A DNA stretch of 64,000 bases from Sphingobium sp. (GTDB taxonomy: Bacteria; Pseudomonadota; Alphaproteobacteria; Sphingomonadales; Sphingomonadaceae). Below, piece by piece: positions 48,962-59,749 of the stretch; the first letter of the stretch is position 1; each line of letters opens with the position of its first letter. The stretch is from contig NZ_JBHIWJ010000008.1 in assembly GCF_041987595.1 (NCBI RefSeq), positions 1,011-65,010 of the forward strand. The letters are read 5' to 3'. Under the pieces are notes generated by a model, which was given only the letters and a program-made list of their open reading frames with translations, was not told where the DNA came from and ran no database searches. A program made the translations under genes and the position numbers.

Positions 48962-50104
48962 TCAGTAAGGGCGCGGCGTGTCGCCTTCCAGCCAATGGGT
49001 GCAACGCAGCGTCTCGCCATTTTCCTGCCCGGTCAGCGCGGCGATGGTTTGCCAGCCTTGCGCGCGAAGTTCGGCCGCGCGGGCCGCGTCATGGTGCAGC
49101 GGCAGGAACAGGCGCTTTGGCGCTTCGCCGCCGAAGCCCGCATCGATCAGCGGATCGGGATAGAGCGAGAAGCCCATGGCCGGTTCTTCCGAACCATCGG
49201 CCCGGATGATCGCATAACTCCCGCCCCGGCCGATCTCGCCGGTAAAACCCTCGGCGAAGATCGAGAAGCCGAACCAGTTCTGATATTCAAAGCCATGGCG
49301 CTCGGTCGGATCGAGCGTCAGGGTGATGTCCCAGCCGATCGGCCTGGCGATGGCGCGCAGGCCCGCGATGCGGCTGTCGATGGCGCCGCCCAGGCTGGCG
49401 CTGAACGCCTCGAGCCGCTCCATCGCGGCATGGAAGGGGCCGGTGGCCTCGATCAGCGGCAGATAGGCGGCCGCGGCAGGGCCGATCTCCGCCAGCGCGC
49501 CCGCGTCCTTGGCGTCAAGTTCCGTGCGGACGGCTTCAATTTCTTGCGGAGCCAGCGGCAGCGGACCGGCGGCGAGCGTGTCGATCAGGTCCGGCAGCGT
49601 GAAATCGATGGTGATACCCGTGACGCCAGCAGCCTGCAGCGCTTCGATGGCGACGTTCACGATCTCCACCGCGGCAGCGACGCTGTCGCTGCCGATGAGT
49701 TCGGCGCCGACCTGAAACCGCTCACGCTCCGGGCGGAGCTGATTCGCGCGCAGGCGGATGACCGGCCCCGCATAGGACAGCCGCAACGGACGCGGTGCGG
49801 AGGCAAGGCGGGTGGCGGCGATGCGGCCGACCTGCGCGGTCATGTCAGGGCGCAGGGCCAGGCTGCGCTGGGAAACCGGGTCAATGGCGCGGATGAGGTC
49901 CTGCGCCTTCATCGATTTCAGGCGGCCGACCAGCGTTTCCTCAAACTCCGCGATCGGCGGCATGACGCGCTCATAGCCATGGGTGGCGACAGTATCGAGC
50001 ACATGGCGGGCAAGGCGCGCGGAAGCCTCTGCCTGCGGCGGCAGGCGGTCCGACAGTCCTTCAGGAAGGAGACCGGGCGGGATCGTGGCACTCGTCATGG
50101 TCAT
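48962..50104 (-). CDS. hisZ: ATP phosphoribosyltransferase regulatory subunit
   Basis: 380 aa. Class-II aaRS-like (HisRS paralogue) pattern ...LPEGLSDRLPPQA..., ...YAGPVIR..., ...RERFQVGAELIG.... Confidence 0.85.
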   Translation of the reverse strand: MTMTSATIPPGLLPEGLSDRLPPQAEASARLARHVLDTVATHGYERVMPPIAEFEETLVGRLKSMKAQDLIRAIDPVSQRSLALRPDMTAQVGRIAATRLASAPRPLRLSYAGPVIRLRANQLRPERERFQVGAELIGSDSVAAAVEIVNVAIEALQAAGVTGITIDFTLPDLIDTLAAGPLPLAPQEIEAVRTELDAKDAGALAEIGPAAAAYLPLIEATGPFHAAMERLEAFSASLGGAIDSRIAGLRAIARPIGWDITLTLDPTERHGFEYQNWFGFSIFAEGFTGEIGRGGSYAIIRADGSEEPAMGFSLYPDPLIDAGFGGEAPKRLFLPLHHDAARAAELRAQGWQTIAALTGQENGETLRCTHWLEGDTPRPY

Positions 50105-50155
50105 GGGGCTGGCCCTTTAGCGCATTATACGCAATAGGCCAGCCCGAACCATCTT

Positions 50156-51736
50156 TTACGCGAAGCGCAGCAGCTTCACCGTCTTGACGCCTGCCAGCTT
50201 GCAGATGTCGCCAAGGACGGTTTCATTGACCGCACCGTCGACCGAGAGCAGCAGCACGGCTTCACCGCCCTGGTTGCGGCGGCCCAGGTGGAAGGTGCCG
50301 ATATTGACCTGCGCCTCACCCAGCGTCGAACCCAGACGGCCGATGAAGCCCGGCGCGTCCTGATTGACGATGTAGAGCATGTCGCCGGCGAGGTCGGCTT
50401 CGACCTTGATGCCGAACAGTTCGACCAGACGCGGCTGCGAATGGCCGAACAGGGTGCCCGCGACCGACTTGTCGCCGCTTTCCGTCTTCACGGTCACGCG
50501 AACGAGGGTCTGATAGTCGCCTTCGCGGTCGTGGCGCACTTCGCGCACGTCCAGACCCCGTTCCTTCGCGAGGAAGGGCGCGTTGACCATGTTCACCGTG
50601 TCCGAATAGACGCGCATCAGGCCAGCCAGCACCGCAGCGGTGATCGGCTTCTGGTTGAGTTCGGCGGCATGGCCCTCGACCTCGACCGAGACGCTCTGGA
50701 TGCGGTCGCCCTCGAGCTGGCCGACGAGGCTGCCCAGTTCTTCCGCCAGCGCCATATAAGGCTTGAGCTTCGGAGCTTCTTCAGCCGACAGCGACGGTAC
50801 GTTCAGCGCGTTGGTGATGCCGCCGTCGAGCAGATAGTCGCTGAGCTGCTCGGCCACCTGCAGAGCGACATTGACCTGCGCTTCATCGGTCGACGCGCCC
50901 AGATGCGGGGTGCAGATGAAATTAGGCGTGCCGAACAGCGGCGATTCCTTCGCCGGTTCGGTCACGAACACGTCGAGCGCGGCGCCCGCCACATGGCCCG
51001 AATCCATCGCCTCCTTGAGCGCGGCTTCGTCGATCAGGCCGCCACGGGCGCAGTTGATGATGCGCACGCCCTTCTTGGTCTTGGCGAGATTTTCCTTGCT
51101 CAGGATGTTGCGGGTCTGGTCGGTCAGCGGCGTGTGCAGCGTGATGAAGTCGGCCTTCGCCAGCAGCGTGTCGAGATCGGCCTTTTCCACGCCCATTTCG
51201 ACGGCGCGTTCCGGGGTCAGGAAGGGATCGAAAGCGACGACCTTCATCTTCAGGCCCAGAGCGCGGCTGGCGACGATGGAGCCGATGTTGCCCGCACCGA
51301 TCAGGCCCAGCGTCTTGCCGGTGACTTCCACGCCCATGAAGCCGTTCTTGGGCCACAGGCCCTGCTGGGTCTGGGCATTGGCTTCGGGCAGCTGGCGGGC
51401 CAGCGCGAACATGAGCGCAATGGCATGTTCGGCGGTGGTGATCGAGTTGCCGAACGGGGTGTTCATCACGATCACGCCCTTGGACGAGGCGGCCGGAATG
51501 TCGACATTGTCGACGCCGATGCCCGCGCGGCCGATGACCTTCAGGTTGGTGGCGTGGTCGAGAATGTCCTTGGTGACCTTGGTCGAGCTGCGGATGGCGA
51601 GGCCGTCATACTGGCCGATGATCGCCTTCAGTTCGTCCGGGGTCTTGCCGGTGATTTCGTCAACCTCGACGCCACGCTCACGGAAGATCGCAGCGGCGCG
51701 GGGGTCCATCTTGTCGGAAATAAGTACCTTGGGCAT
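50156..51736 (-). CDS. serA: D-3-phosphoglycerate dehydrogenase (long form with ASB/ACT domains)
   Basis: 526 aa. GLIGAGNIGS NAD motif, ...NCARGGLIDE..., ...TPHLGAST..., C-terminal ACT domain. Confidence 0.93.
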   Translation of the reverse strand: MPKVLISDKMDPRAAAIFRERGVEVDEITGKTPDELKAIIGQYDGLAIRSSTKVTKDILDHATNLKVIGRAGIGVDNVDIPAASSKGVIVMNTPFGNSITTAEHAIALMFALARQLPEANAQTQQGLWPKNGFMGVEVTGKTLGLIGAGNIGSIVASRALGLKMKVVAFDPFLTPERAVEMGVEKADLDTLLAKADFITLHTPLTDQTRNILSKENLAKTKKGVRIINCARGGLIDEAALKEAMDSGHVAGAALDVFVTEPAKESPLFGTPNFICTPHLGASTDEAQVNVALQVAEQLSDYLLDGGITNALNVPSLSAEEAPKLKPYMALAEELGSLVGQLEGDRIQSVSVEVEGHAAELNQKPITAAVLAGLMRVYSDTVNMVNAPFLAKERGLDVREVRHDREGDYQTLVRVTVKTESGDKSVAGTLFGHSQPRLVELFGIKVEADLAGDMLYIVNQDAPGFIGRLGSTLGEAQVNIGTFHLGRRNQGGEAVLLLSVDGAVNETVLGDICKLAGVKTVKLLRFA

Positions 51737-51756
51737 GGAGAATTCCTATGTTTCCT

Positions 51757-51843
51757 CGTCACCCCGGACTTGATCCGGGGTCCCGCTTGTCTGCGGGCGG
51801 ACATGAAGAAGAAGCGGAACCCCGGATCAAGTCCGGGGTGACG
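51757..51843. repeat. 87-bp intergenic element with perfect 24-nt terminal inverted repeats (REP/MITE-like)
   Basis: CGTCACCCCGGACTTGATCCGGGG (51757-51780) and its exact reverse complement (51820-51843). Each arm is itself a CCCCGGA...TCCGGGG hairpin. The spacer contains CCCGC-ttgtct-GCGGG. Confidence 0.85.
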
Positions 51844-51856
51844 CGGTTAAGCTGAA

Positions 51857-53014
51857 TCAGCCAGCCTTGGCGGTCGCATAGGCCCAGTCGAGCCATGGAC
51901 CGAGCGCTTCGATGTCGGCGGTTTCGACGGTAGCACCGCACCAGATGCGCAGGCCCGCCGGGGCGTCGCGATATCCCGCGACGTCATAGGCGGCACCTTC
52001 CTTCTCCAGCAGGGCCGCGAAGCTCTTGATGAAGGCTTCGTCCGCACCCTCGACGGTCAGGCAGACGCTGGTGGTCGAGCGCGACGCTTCGTCGGCGGCG
52101 AGATGGCCGAGCCAGTCGCGTTCCTCGACGATCCTGTTGAGCGCCGCCGCATTGGCGTTGCTGCGCGCGATCAGGCCGGCGGAACCGCCGATCGACTTGC
52201 CCCATTCCAGCGCGAAGATCGCGTCTTCGACCGCCAGCATGGAGGGGGTGTTGATCGTTTCGCCCTTGAACACGCCCTCGGCCAGCTTGCCCTTCGCCAC
52301 CAGGCGGAAGACCTTGGGCAGCGGCCATGCCGGGGTGTAATTTTCCAGACGCTCGACCGCGCGCGGGCCGAGGATCAGCACGCCATGGCCGCCCTCCCCG
52401 CCCAGCACCTTCTGCCAGGAGAAGGTGGCGACGTCGATCTTCGTCCAGTCGATCTCATAGGCGAATACCGCGCTGGTTGCGTCGGCGAAGGTCAGCCCTT
52501 CGCGGTCGGCCGGAATCCAGTCGGCGTTCGGCACGCGCACGCCCGAGGTGGTGCCGTTCCAGGTAAACAGCACGTCGTTCGAGAAGTCGACCTGCGTAAG
52601 ATCGGGCAACTGACCATAGTCGGCGCGGATGATCGTCGGATCGAGCTTCAGCTGCTTGGCGGCGTCCGTCACCCAGCCCTCGCCGAAGCTTTCCCAGGCC
52701 AGCGTCGTCACCGGGCGGGCGCCCAGCATGGTCCACATCGCCATTTCGAAGGCGCCGGTGTCGGAGCCGGGGACGATGCCGATGCGGTGGGTTTCGGGCA
52801 GGTTCAGCAGCTCGCGCATCAGGTCGATGCAATAAGCGAGGCGGGTCTTGCCGATCTTGGCGCGGTGCGAGCGGCCCAGCGATTCGGCGCTCAGCTTGTC
52901 GGCGCTCCAGCCCGGAGGCTTGGCGCAGGGACCGGAAGAAAAATAGGGGCGGGCCGGCTTGGCGGCGGGCTTCGCAGGCGCAATGGTGGCGTCTGCGGCA
53001 ATCATATCAGTCAT
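51857..53014 (-). CDS. serC: Phosphoserine aminotransferase
   Basis: 385 aa. Alphaproteobacterial-type SerC (...[14 protein letters not shown]..., ...[14 protein letters not shown]...). Adjacent to serA. Confidence 0.88.
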   Translation of the reverse strand: MTDMIAADATIAPAKPAAKPARPYFSSGPCAKPPGWSADKLSAESLGRSHRAKIGKTRLAYCIDLMRELLNLPETHRIGIVPGSDTGAFEMAMWTMLGARPVTTLAWESFGEGWVTDAAKQLKLDPTIIRADYGQLPDLTQVDFSNDVLFTWNGTTSGVRVPNADWIPADREGLTFADATSAVFAYEIDWTKIDVATFSWQKVLGGEGGHGVLILGPRAVERLENYTPAWPLPKVFRLVAKGKLAEGVFKGETINTPSMLAVEDAIFALEWGKSIGGSAGLIARSNANAAALNRIVEERDWLGHLAADEASRSTTSVCLTVEGADEAFIKSFAALLEKEGAAYDVAGYRDAPAGLRIWCGATVETADIEALGPWLDWAYATAKAG

Positions 53015-53157
53015 GTCTGCGTCTCCTTACAGAGAGCACGCGCGGCGTTGGGACCGCGTGGCCCGCCGGCCGCACTAAAGTCCCCGGCGAAAGAGTCAAG
53101 CTGCGAAAGAGTCGAAATGACCGTCTCGATGCGATGAACCGAGTCCGCCGTTAACCC

Positions 53158-53874
53158 TTGAGCCAGCAGGACATGGTAAATGCTGCCCTCATGTTCGAGC
53201 GGATCAGGGGGAAAGCGATCTTTCGCGGCGCAGGGCTGACGGCCCTGCTGGCGCTCGCTGGCTGCGGTGGCGATCTGGTGCCGCGTGGGCGTGTGGAGCG
53301 GCCTTCCAAGCCGGTCAGAACGGTGCGCCCGGCCGCGCCTCCGCCCATGGAGGTGCGCCAGTGCATGGCGAAACTGTCCTCGCAATCCATTCTCTTCACC
53401 CCCCTGCCCGACCAGAATTTCGGCGGAGGATGCAGCGCCGTGGGCAGCGTCAAACTGCTCGACATCGGGGTGCCTGCAACCAATCTGGGCGCCATGACGT
53501 GCAACCTTGCCGCGAATTTCGCGGCCTGGGCGCGCTATGGCGTGCAGCCCGCCGCCCGGCTGATCCTGGGCGCGGAGATCGAGAAGATCGAGACCTTCGG
53601 CACCTATAACTGCCGCCCGATCGCGGGCAGCGGCAAGCTCTCCGAACATGCGCACAGCAACGCGATCGACGTGTCCGCCTTCGTGCTGAGCGACGGACGG
53701 CGCATTTCGATCGAAAAGGACTGGAACGGCGACAGGCGGACCCGGCAATTCCTCGAAATCGTGCACGCCAGCGCCTGCAAGCGATTCCGGACCGTGCTCA
53801 GCCCCGATTACAACGCCGCGCATCATGACCATTTTCATTTCGATATGGGCGGACGTGGGGGATTTTGCCGATAA
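53158..53874 (+). CDS. Extensin-like C-terminal domain lipoprotein
   Basis: LALAGC lipobox. ...CRPIAGSGKLSEHAHSNAIDVSAF... and ...YNAAHHDHFHFDMG... are typical of the extensin family. The start is uncertain (53158, 53173 or 53191). Confidence 0.75.
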   Translation: MSQQDMVNAALMFERIRGKAIFRGAGLTALLALAGCGGDLVPRGRVERPSKPVRTVRPAAPPPMEVRQCMAKLSSQSILFTPLPDQNFGGGCSAVGSVKLLDIGVPATNLGAMTCNLAANFAAWARYGVQPAARLILGAEIEKIETFGTYNCRPIAGSGKLSEHAHSNAIDVSAFVLSDGRRISIEKDWNGDRRTRQFLEIVHASACKRFRTVLSPDYNAAHHDHFHFDMGGRGGFCR

Positions 53875-53915
53875 GCGCCTTGGCTTTGTCATCTTCGGTG
53901 CCTACCTTGGTGAAA

Positions 53916-54794
53916 ATGACCAGAAAAGAAATCGAAGAACGCAAATTCCGCCCCGCCCGCCAGGAAGCGGCCGATGCCCGAAAAGGGATCGAAACCCCCC
54001 AGACCAGCAGTTCGGCCTATCGCCTTGCCTTCCAGGATACGGAGTTTCTGCTGCGCGAAGATCTGCGGCCGGTCCGCTTCCAGCTGGAACTGCTGAAGCC
54101 GCAATTGCTGATGGATGAAGCGAAGATCGAGTCGACCTTCGTCTTCTACGGCTCGGCCCGCATCCCCGAACCCGATCAGGTGCAGGCGCGCATCGACGCC
54201 GCGGTCACCCCCGACCAGAAGCGCATCGCCGAAAATCTGGGCAGGAAGGCCCGCTATTATGACGAAGCGCGCAAACTGGCCCGGATCGCCGCGCACTATC
54301 CCGTGAACGAGGCGGGATGCCGCCATTTCGTCGTCTGCTCGGGCGGCGGCCCCTCGATCATGGAGGCGGCCAATCGCGGCGCTCATGAGGTTGGCCAGAC
54401 CACCATCGGCATGAACATCGTCCTGCCGCATGAACAGGCGCCCAATCGCTTCGTCACCCCCGAGCTGAGTTTCCAGTTCCACTATTTCGCCCTGCGCAAG
54501 ATGCACTTCCTGCTCCGCGCACGGGCGCTGGCGGTGTTCCCCGGCGGCTTCGGCACGTTCGACGAGATGTTCGAGCTGCTGACCCTGATCCAGACCGGCA
54601 AGATGAAGCCGATCCCGGTGCTGCTGTTCGGGCGGGAATTCTGGACGCGGGTGGTGGATTTCGAGGCGCTGGCCGATGAAGGCGTGATCTCGCCGTCGGA
54701 CCTCAACCTTCTGACCTGGGTGGAGACGGCCGAGGAGGCCTGGGAAGCGGTCCAGACTTTCTATCAGGACAGCGAAGCGCCGGGTTGCGGCTGA
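53916..54794 (+). CDS. LOG/TIGR00730-type Rossmann-fold nucleotide-binding protein (long form)
   Basis: 292 aa from MTRKEIEERK.... ...VVCSGGGPSIMEAANRGA... and ...FPGGFGTFDEMFELLTLIQTGK.... Confidence 0.8.
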   Translation: MTRKEIEERKFRPARQEAADARKGIETPQTSSSAYRLAFQDTEFLLREDLRPVRFQLELLKPQLLMDEAKIESTFVFYGSARIPEPDQVQARIDAAVTPDQKRIAENLGRKARYYDEARKLARIAAHYPVNEAGCRHFVVCSGGGPSIMEAANRGAHEVGQTTIGMNIVLPHEQAPNRFVTPELSFQFHYFALRKMHFLLRARALAVFPGGFGTFDEMFELLTLIQTGKMKPIPVLLFGREFWTRVVDFEALADEGVISPSDLNLLTWVETAEEAWEAVQTFYQDSEAPGCG

Positions 54795-54837
54795 CGGCGG
54801 TCTTGCCCTTGGCGGCCCGGAGGACTAGGGCGCGGCC

Positions 54838-55509
54838 ATGCGCGCCGACCTTGCCCATGTTGATTGCTGGATCTTCGATCTGGACAATACGCTCTATCCG
54901 GCGAAGGCGGACCTGTTCGCGCTGATCGACGTGAAGATGGGCGAGTTCATCCAGGGACTGCTGGGCTGCGATCCGGAGATCGCGCGGGCGACGCAGAAAC
55001 GCTATTTTCTGGAGCATGGCACGACGCTGTCGGGCCTGATGCACCATCATGGCATCGAACCGCACGCCTTTCTCGATTATGTCCACGATATTTCGATGGA
55101 TCGGCTGGAGGTGGATGAGGCGCTCAATGCCCATATCGCCGCGCTGCCGGGGCGGCGGCTGATCTTCACCAATGGCGATGGCGCCTATGCGACGCGGGTG
55201 CTGGACAGGCTCGGCCTGACCGATGCGTTCGAGCTGATCCATGATATCCACGCCTGCCAATATATTCCGAAGCCCGACCCCTCAGGCTATGCGGAATTGT
55301 GCCGCGTGCATGGCGTGAATCCGGCCCGCGCCGCCTTTTTCGAGGACATGGCGCGCAACCTGAAGCCCGCCAAGGCGATCGGCATGACCACCATCTGGGT
55401 CAATAACGGCTCGGAAGCGGGCGACCACGGCCATCATCCCGATTTCATCGATTTCGAAACCGACCATCTGACGCCCTTTCTGGCGGATATTACTGGGGAA
55501 CAGCCATGA
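54838..55509 (+). CDS. Pyrimidine 5'-nucleotidase (HAD superfamily)
   Basis: 223 aa. [11 protein letters not shown] (DxD HAD motif I), ...IFTNG..., ...FFEDMARNL.... Confidence 0.85.
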   Translation: MRADLAHVDCWIFDLDNTLYPAKADLFALIDVKMGEFIQGLLGCDPEIARATQKRYFLEHGTTLSGLMHHHGIEPHAFLDYVHDISMDRLEVDEALNAHIAALPGRRLIFTNGDGAYATRVLDRLGLTDAFELIHDIHACQYIPKPDPSGYAELCRVHGVNPARAAFFEDMARNLKPAKAIGMTTIWVNNGSEAGDHGHHPDFIDFETDHLTPFLADITGEQP

Positions 55510-56345
55510 GCAACGAACTGATCGCGACCATAGACGCCGCCTGGGAGGACCGGGCCAACGTGAACCTGTCGACGCAGGGCGAAGTCCGTCAGGCGGTCGA
55601 CAAGACGCTGGCGCTTCTCGACAAAGGCGAACTGCGCGTCGCGGAGCCCACGGCCGACGGCTGGCGGGTCAACCAGTGGGCGAAGAAGGCGGTGCTGCTG
55701 TCCTTCCGTCTCAACGACAATGCGATGATCGATAACGGCCCGGGCGCGGGTCACTGGTGGGACAAGGTGCCCAGCAAGTTCGCGGGCTGGGATGAAGCCG
55801 CCTTCCGCGCCGCCGGTTTCCGCGCGGTGCCCGGTTCGTTCGCTCGCGCGGGCGCGCATGTCGCCAAGAATGTGATCCTGATGCCGAGCTTCGTGAACAT
55901 CGGCGCTTTCGTCGATGAAGGCACGATGGTCGACACCTGGGTAACGGTCGGCAGCTGCGCGCAGATCGGCAAGAATGTGCACCTGTCGGGCGGCGTCGGC
56001 ATCGGCGGGGTTCTGGAGCCGTTGCAGGCCGATCCGGTGATCATCGAGGACGACTGCTTCATCGGCGCGCGGTCCGAAGTCGTGGAAGGCGTGCGCATCG
56101 GCAAGGGCTCTGTGCTGTCGATGGGCGTGTTCATCGGCATGTCGACCAAGATCGTCGACCGCGCCACCGGCGAAGTCTTCATCGGCGAAGTGCCGCCCTA
56201 TTCGGTGGTCGTGCCCGGCTCGCTGCCCGGCAAGCCGCTGCCCGACGGCACGCCGGGGCCGAGCCTCTATTGCGCGGTGATCGTGAAGCGGGTGGATGCG
56301 CAGACGCGGTCCAAGACCGGGATCAACGAGCTGCTGCGCGACTAG
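55506..56345 (+). CDS. dapD: 2,3,4,5-tetrahydropyridine-2,6-dicarboxylate N-succinyltransferase
   Basis: 279 aa. Hexapeptide-repeat region (...[25 protein letters not shown]...[18 protein letters not shown]...), N-terminus typical of DapD. Confidence 0.92.
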   Translation: MSNELIATIDAAWEDRANVNLSTQGEVRQAVDKTLALLDKGELRVAEPTADGWRVNQWAKKAVLLSFRLNDNAMIDNGPGAGHWWDKVPSKFAGWDEAAFRAAGFRAVPGSFARAGAHVAKNVILMPSFVNIGAFVDEGTMVDTWVTVGSCAQIGKNVHLSGGVGIGGVLEPLQADPVIIEDDCFIGARSEVVEGVRIGKGSVLSMGVFIGMSTKIVDRATGEVFIGEVPPYSVVVPGSLPGKPLPDGTPGPSLYCAVIVKRVDAQTRSKTGINELLRD

Positions 56346-56553
56346 GCCCCCCGGTCAGCATAGGCCGCCCCCTCCCAAGAGAGGGGCCGGGAAGGGCGAG
56401 CGCAGCGGGCGCTGTCCTATGCGGTGAGGTTGCAGGCAGCCGCTGAGCGGCTGCCCTCCCCTTGGCAGGGTCAGGTGCCTCTGGCCGACCCCTCCGGCCC
56501 GCGGGCGGGGCTTATAAGTGGCATTCGGCGCGCACCCGCCTTACATAAACCCC

Positions 56554-58410
56554 ATGCCGCCTTCGACACCCGACACTTCGCCCCTTCCGCCCGTCTGGGC
56601 GACGATGCGGCGCTTCTTTCCCTATCTGTGGCCTGCCGATGCCCCTGCCCTGCGACGGCGGGTGACGATTGCGATGATGCTGGTGCTGGTGGCGAAGGTC
56701 GTCAGCCTCGCCATGCCCTTCGCCTACAAGGGCGCGGTCGACCGGATGGTGCCGGGCATGCAATCGGGCGCGGGTCTCGCCATTGCGCTGGTCGTCGCCT
56801 ATGCGGGCGCGCGATTCGGCAGCGTCCTCTTCGACAATCTGCGCAACGCCATTTTCGAGCGGGTCGGGCAGGAAGCCGGGCGACGGCTGGCCGATGATGT
56901 GTTCGTGCATCTGCACCGGCTGTCGCTGCGCTTCCACCTCGACCGGCGCACCGGCGCCGTCACCAAGATCGTGGAGCGCGGCACCAAGAGCATCGACACG
57001 ATGCTCTATTTCCTCCTCTTCAACATAGCGCCCACGGTGCTGGAGCTGGCGGCGGTCTGCGTCATCTTCTTCCTCAAATTCGGTCCCGGCCTCGTCGCGG
57101 CGACGCTGGTGATGGTGGGCCTTTACATCTGGTTCACCCGCACCATCACGGAATGGCGCAACCAGCTCCGCCGCGACATGGTGGACATGGACACCAGCGC
57201 CGTCGCCCACGCCGTCGACAGCCTGCTCAATTTCGAAACCGTCAAATATTTCGGCGCCGAGGAGCGGGAAGCCGCGCGCTATGGCAAGGCGATGCGCCGC
57301 TACGCCGATGCAGCGGTCAAGTCGGAGAACAGCCTCGCCTGGCTCAATATCGGCCAGTCGCTGATCACCAACCTGATGATGGCAGGCGCGATGGGCTATA
57401 CCGTCTGGGGCTGGAGCCGGGGACAGTTCACCACCGGCGACGTGGTGCTGGTGAACACCCTGCTGAGCCAGCTGTTCCGGCCGCTCGACCTGCTGGGCAT
57501 GGTCTATCGCACGATCCGGCAGGGCCTGATCGACATGGAGGCGATGTACAGGCTGATCGACACCGAAACCGAAGTCAGCGACGCGCCCGGCGCGCCGATG
57601 CTGCATGTCCAGGCCGGCGAGGTACGCTTCGATCATGTCCATTTCGGCTATGATCCCGAGCGGGAGATATTGCATGGCGTGAGCTTTACCGTGCCGGCGG
57701 GCCGGACCCTTGCCATCGTCGGACCGTCGGGCGCGGGCAAGTCCACCATCGCGCGGCTGCTGTTCCGCTTCTACGACATTCAGGGCGGGCACATTCTGAT
57801 CGACGGGCAGGATATTTCGCGGGTCACGCAACAGTCGCTGCGCGCCGCCATCGGCATCGTGCCGCAGGACATGGTGCTGTTCAACGATACGGTCGGCTAT
57901 AATATCGGCTATGGCCGTGCAGACGCGAGCCAGGAAGAGATAGAAGCGGCGGCGAAAGCGGCTTCCATCCACGACTTCATCATGGGCCTGCCGCAAGGCT
58001 ATGCCACGCGGGTCGGGGAGCGCGGCCTCAAGCTTTCGGGCGGCGAAAAGCAGCGCGTGGCAATTGCGCGGACGCTGCTGAAAGACCCGCCGGTGCTGGT
58101 GCTGGACGAGGCGACCAGCGCGCTCGACAGCCGGACGGAGACCGAGATCCAGGATGTGCTGCGCAGCATAGCGCGCAAGCGGACGACATTGATCGTCGCG
58201 CATCGCCTCTCCACCGTGGTCGATGCCGATGAGATCATCGTGCTGGAGCAGGGCCGCATCGTCGAACGCGGGCGCCATGCCGATCTGGTGCGCAGCGACG
58301 GTCTCTATGCCGCCATGTGGACGCGCCAGGCAACCGAACGGGATGACATGCCGGTCGAACCGGGCATCGAGGATGCGTTCGAAGTCGTCGGCCTGCCCGG
58401 TTCCCGATAG
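56554..58410 (+). CDS. ABC transporter, fused permease/ATPase, Atm1/HMT1-type exporter
   Basis: About 618 aa. Six TM then GPSGAGKST (Walker A), LSGGEKQRVAIAR (signature), VLVLDEATSALD (Walker B). Start set at MPPSTPD. Confidence 0.88.
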   Translation: MPPSTPDTSPLPPVWATMRRFFPYLWPADAPALRRRVTIAMMLVLVAKVVSLAMPFAYKGAVDRMVPGMQSGAGLAIALVVAYAGARFGSVLFDNLRNAIFERVGQEAGRRLADDVFVHLHRLSLRFHLDRRTGAVTKIVERGTKSIDTMLYFLLFNIAPTVLELAAVCVIFFLKFGPGLVAATLVMVGLYIWFTRTITEWRNQLRRDMVDMDTSAVAHAVDSLLNFETVKYFGAEEREAARYGKAMRRYADAAVKSENSLAWLNIGQSLITNLMMAGAMGYTVWGWSRGQFTTGDVVLVNTLLSQLFRPLDLLGMVYRTIRQGLIDMEAMYRLIDTETEVSDAPGAPMLHVQAGEVRFDHVHFGYDPEREILHGVSFTVPAGRTLAIVGPSGAGKSTIARLLFRFYDIQGGHILIDGQDISRVTQQSLRAAIGIVPQDMVLFNDTVGYNIGYGRADASQEEIEAAAKAASIHDFIMGLPQGYATRVGERGLKLSGGEKQRVAIARTLLKDPPVLVLDEATSALDSRTETEIQDVLRSIARKRTTLIVAHRLSTVVDADEIIVLEQGRIVERGRHADLVRSDGLYAAMWTRQATERDDMPVEPGIEDAFEVVGLPGSR

Positions 58411-58701
58411 GACCGGGTGACAGGAAAGACACCTTAAGGATGCCGAAAGCGCCGGTTTTCAATAGCCTGGGCTGACCGTTACAGGACGGGAAAAGCGCTC
58501 CTGGTTGATTTCGGCGGCCATGACGCCTATCCTTGGGCACTGCGGACCGGGCCCCTCTGGCGCGCTGAACGGACAACAGCGCGTGATGTCGGACCGCATC
58601 GGACTTTCCGGTGCGACTGACGGTTCGGCTCATACCGCCCCATCTCCGTCGCAACGGATTCTCCGGTCAACCATTGTTGTTGAACGAGAGGAGCTTATCC
58701 C

Positions 58702-59685
58702 ATGGAATTTCTCTTCGCGGACTGGCTGGGAACGCCCGCCTGGTTCTGGCTGGCCTTCCTCGCCATCGTGGCCGCCCTCACCGCATTCGACCTGGGTTTC
58801 CTGCACAAGGAAGACAAGGAAATAGGCATCAAGGAGAGCCTCAAGCTATCCCTTTTCTATATCAGCGTGGCGATGCTGTTCGGCGGCTGGGTATGGTTCG
58901 CGCGCGGGGCGGAGCCGGGGATGCAGTATTTTACCGGCTTCTTCATCGAAAAGGCGCTGTCGATCGACAATGTCTTCGTCATCAGCCTGATCTTTTCCTA
59001 TTTCGCCATTCCGCCCAAATATCAGTATCGGGCGCTGCTGTGGGGCATATTGGGCGTGATCGTCCTGCGCGGCCTGATGATCGCAGGTGGAGCGATGCTG
59101 CTGCACCAGGCCTATTGGGTGCTGTATATCTTCGCCGCCTTCCTGATATCCACCGGGATCAAGATGATGGTTTCGGGCAACGAGCCGATGGATGTAGGCA
59201 ACAACCCCGCGATCCGCTTCATCGCCCGCCATATGCGTGTCACGCCGGAGTTGCACGGCGAACATTTCCTGGCTCGGATGACCGACCCCCGGACCGGAAA
59301 GGTCGTGATGGCAGCAACCCCGCTGCTGTTGGCGCTGATCGTGATCAATTTCGCCGACCTGGTGTTCGCCGTGGACAGCGTGCCGGCGATCTTCGCGATC
59401 ACGACCGACACCTTCATTGTCTATACGTCGAACGTGATGGCGATATTGGGATTGCGGGCGCTCTACTTCGCGCTTTCGGCCATGGTCCACCGCTTCCATT
59501 ATCTGAAATATGCGCTGGCCGCGATTCTGGTGTTCATCGGCACCAAGATCTTCGTCGCCGACTTCCTGCTGGATGGCGACAAATTCCCGCCTGCCATCAG
59601 TCTGGGCGTGACCTTCGCCCTGATCGGCGCCGGGGTAGGCTGGTCGCTGTGGAAAACGCGGCAGGAGGAGCGGCAACTGGCCTGA
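58702..59685 (+). CDS. TerC family integral membrane protein
   Basis: 327 aa. ...EKALSIDNVFV... and ...AVDSVPAIFAIT.D.FIVYTSN... are TerC signatures. GAGAGGAG RBS upstream. Confidence 0.88.
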   Translation: MEFLFADWLGTPAWFWLAFLAIVAALTAFDLGFLHKEDKEIGIKESLKLSLFYISVAMLFGGWVWFARGAEPGMQYFTGFFIEKALSIDNVFVISLIFSYFAIPPKYQYRALLWGILGVIVLRGLMIAGGAMLLHQAYWVLYIFAAFLISTGIKMMVSGNEPMDVGNNPAIRFIARHMRVTPELHGEHFLARMTDPRTGKVVMAATPLLLALIVINFADLVFAVDSVPAIFAITTDTFIVYTSNVMAILGLRALYFALSAMVHRFHYLKYALAAILVFIGTKIFVADFLLDGDKFPPAISLGVTFALIGAGVGWSLWKTRQEERQLA

Positions 59686-59749
59686 TCTCGCCAGGCTGGC
59701 AGGGAGCCGGTCCCCCGGCTCCCTGCATGAGTGGGGTCGGGGAGCCGGA

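Noticed and set aside
58411-58701. 290-nt leader upstream of the TerC-family gene, considered as a yybP-ykoY (Mn2+) riboswitch.
   Set aside because: I could not find the conserved GGGGAGUAG and paired downstream core sequences of that riboswitch in this leader. Without a covariance-model scan (Rfam RF00080) the call is unsupported.
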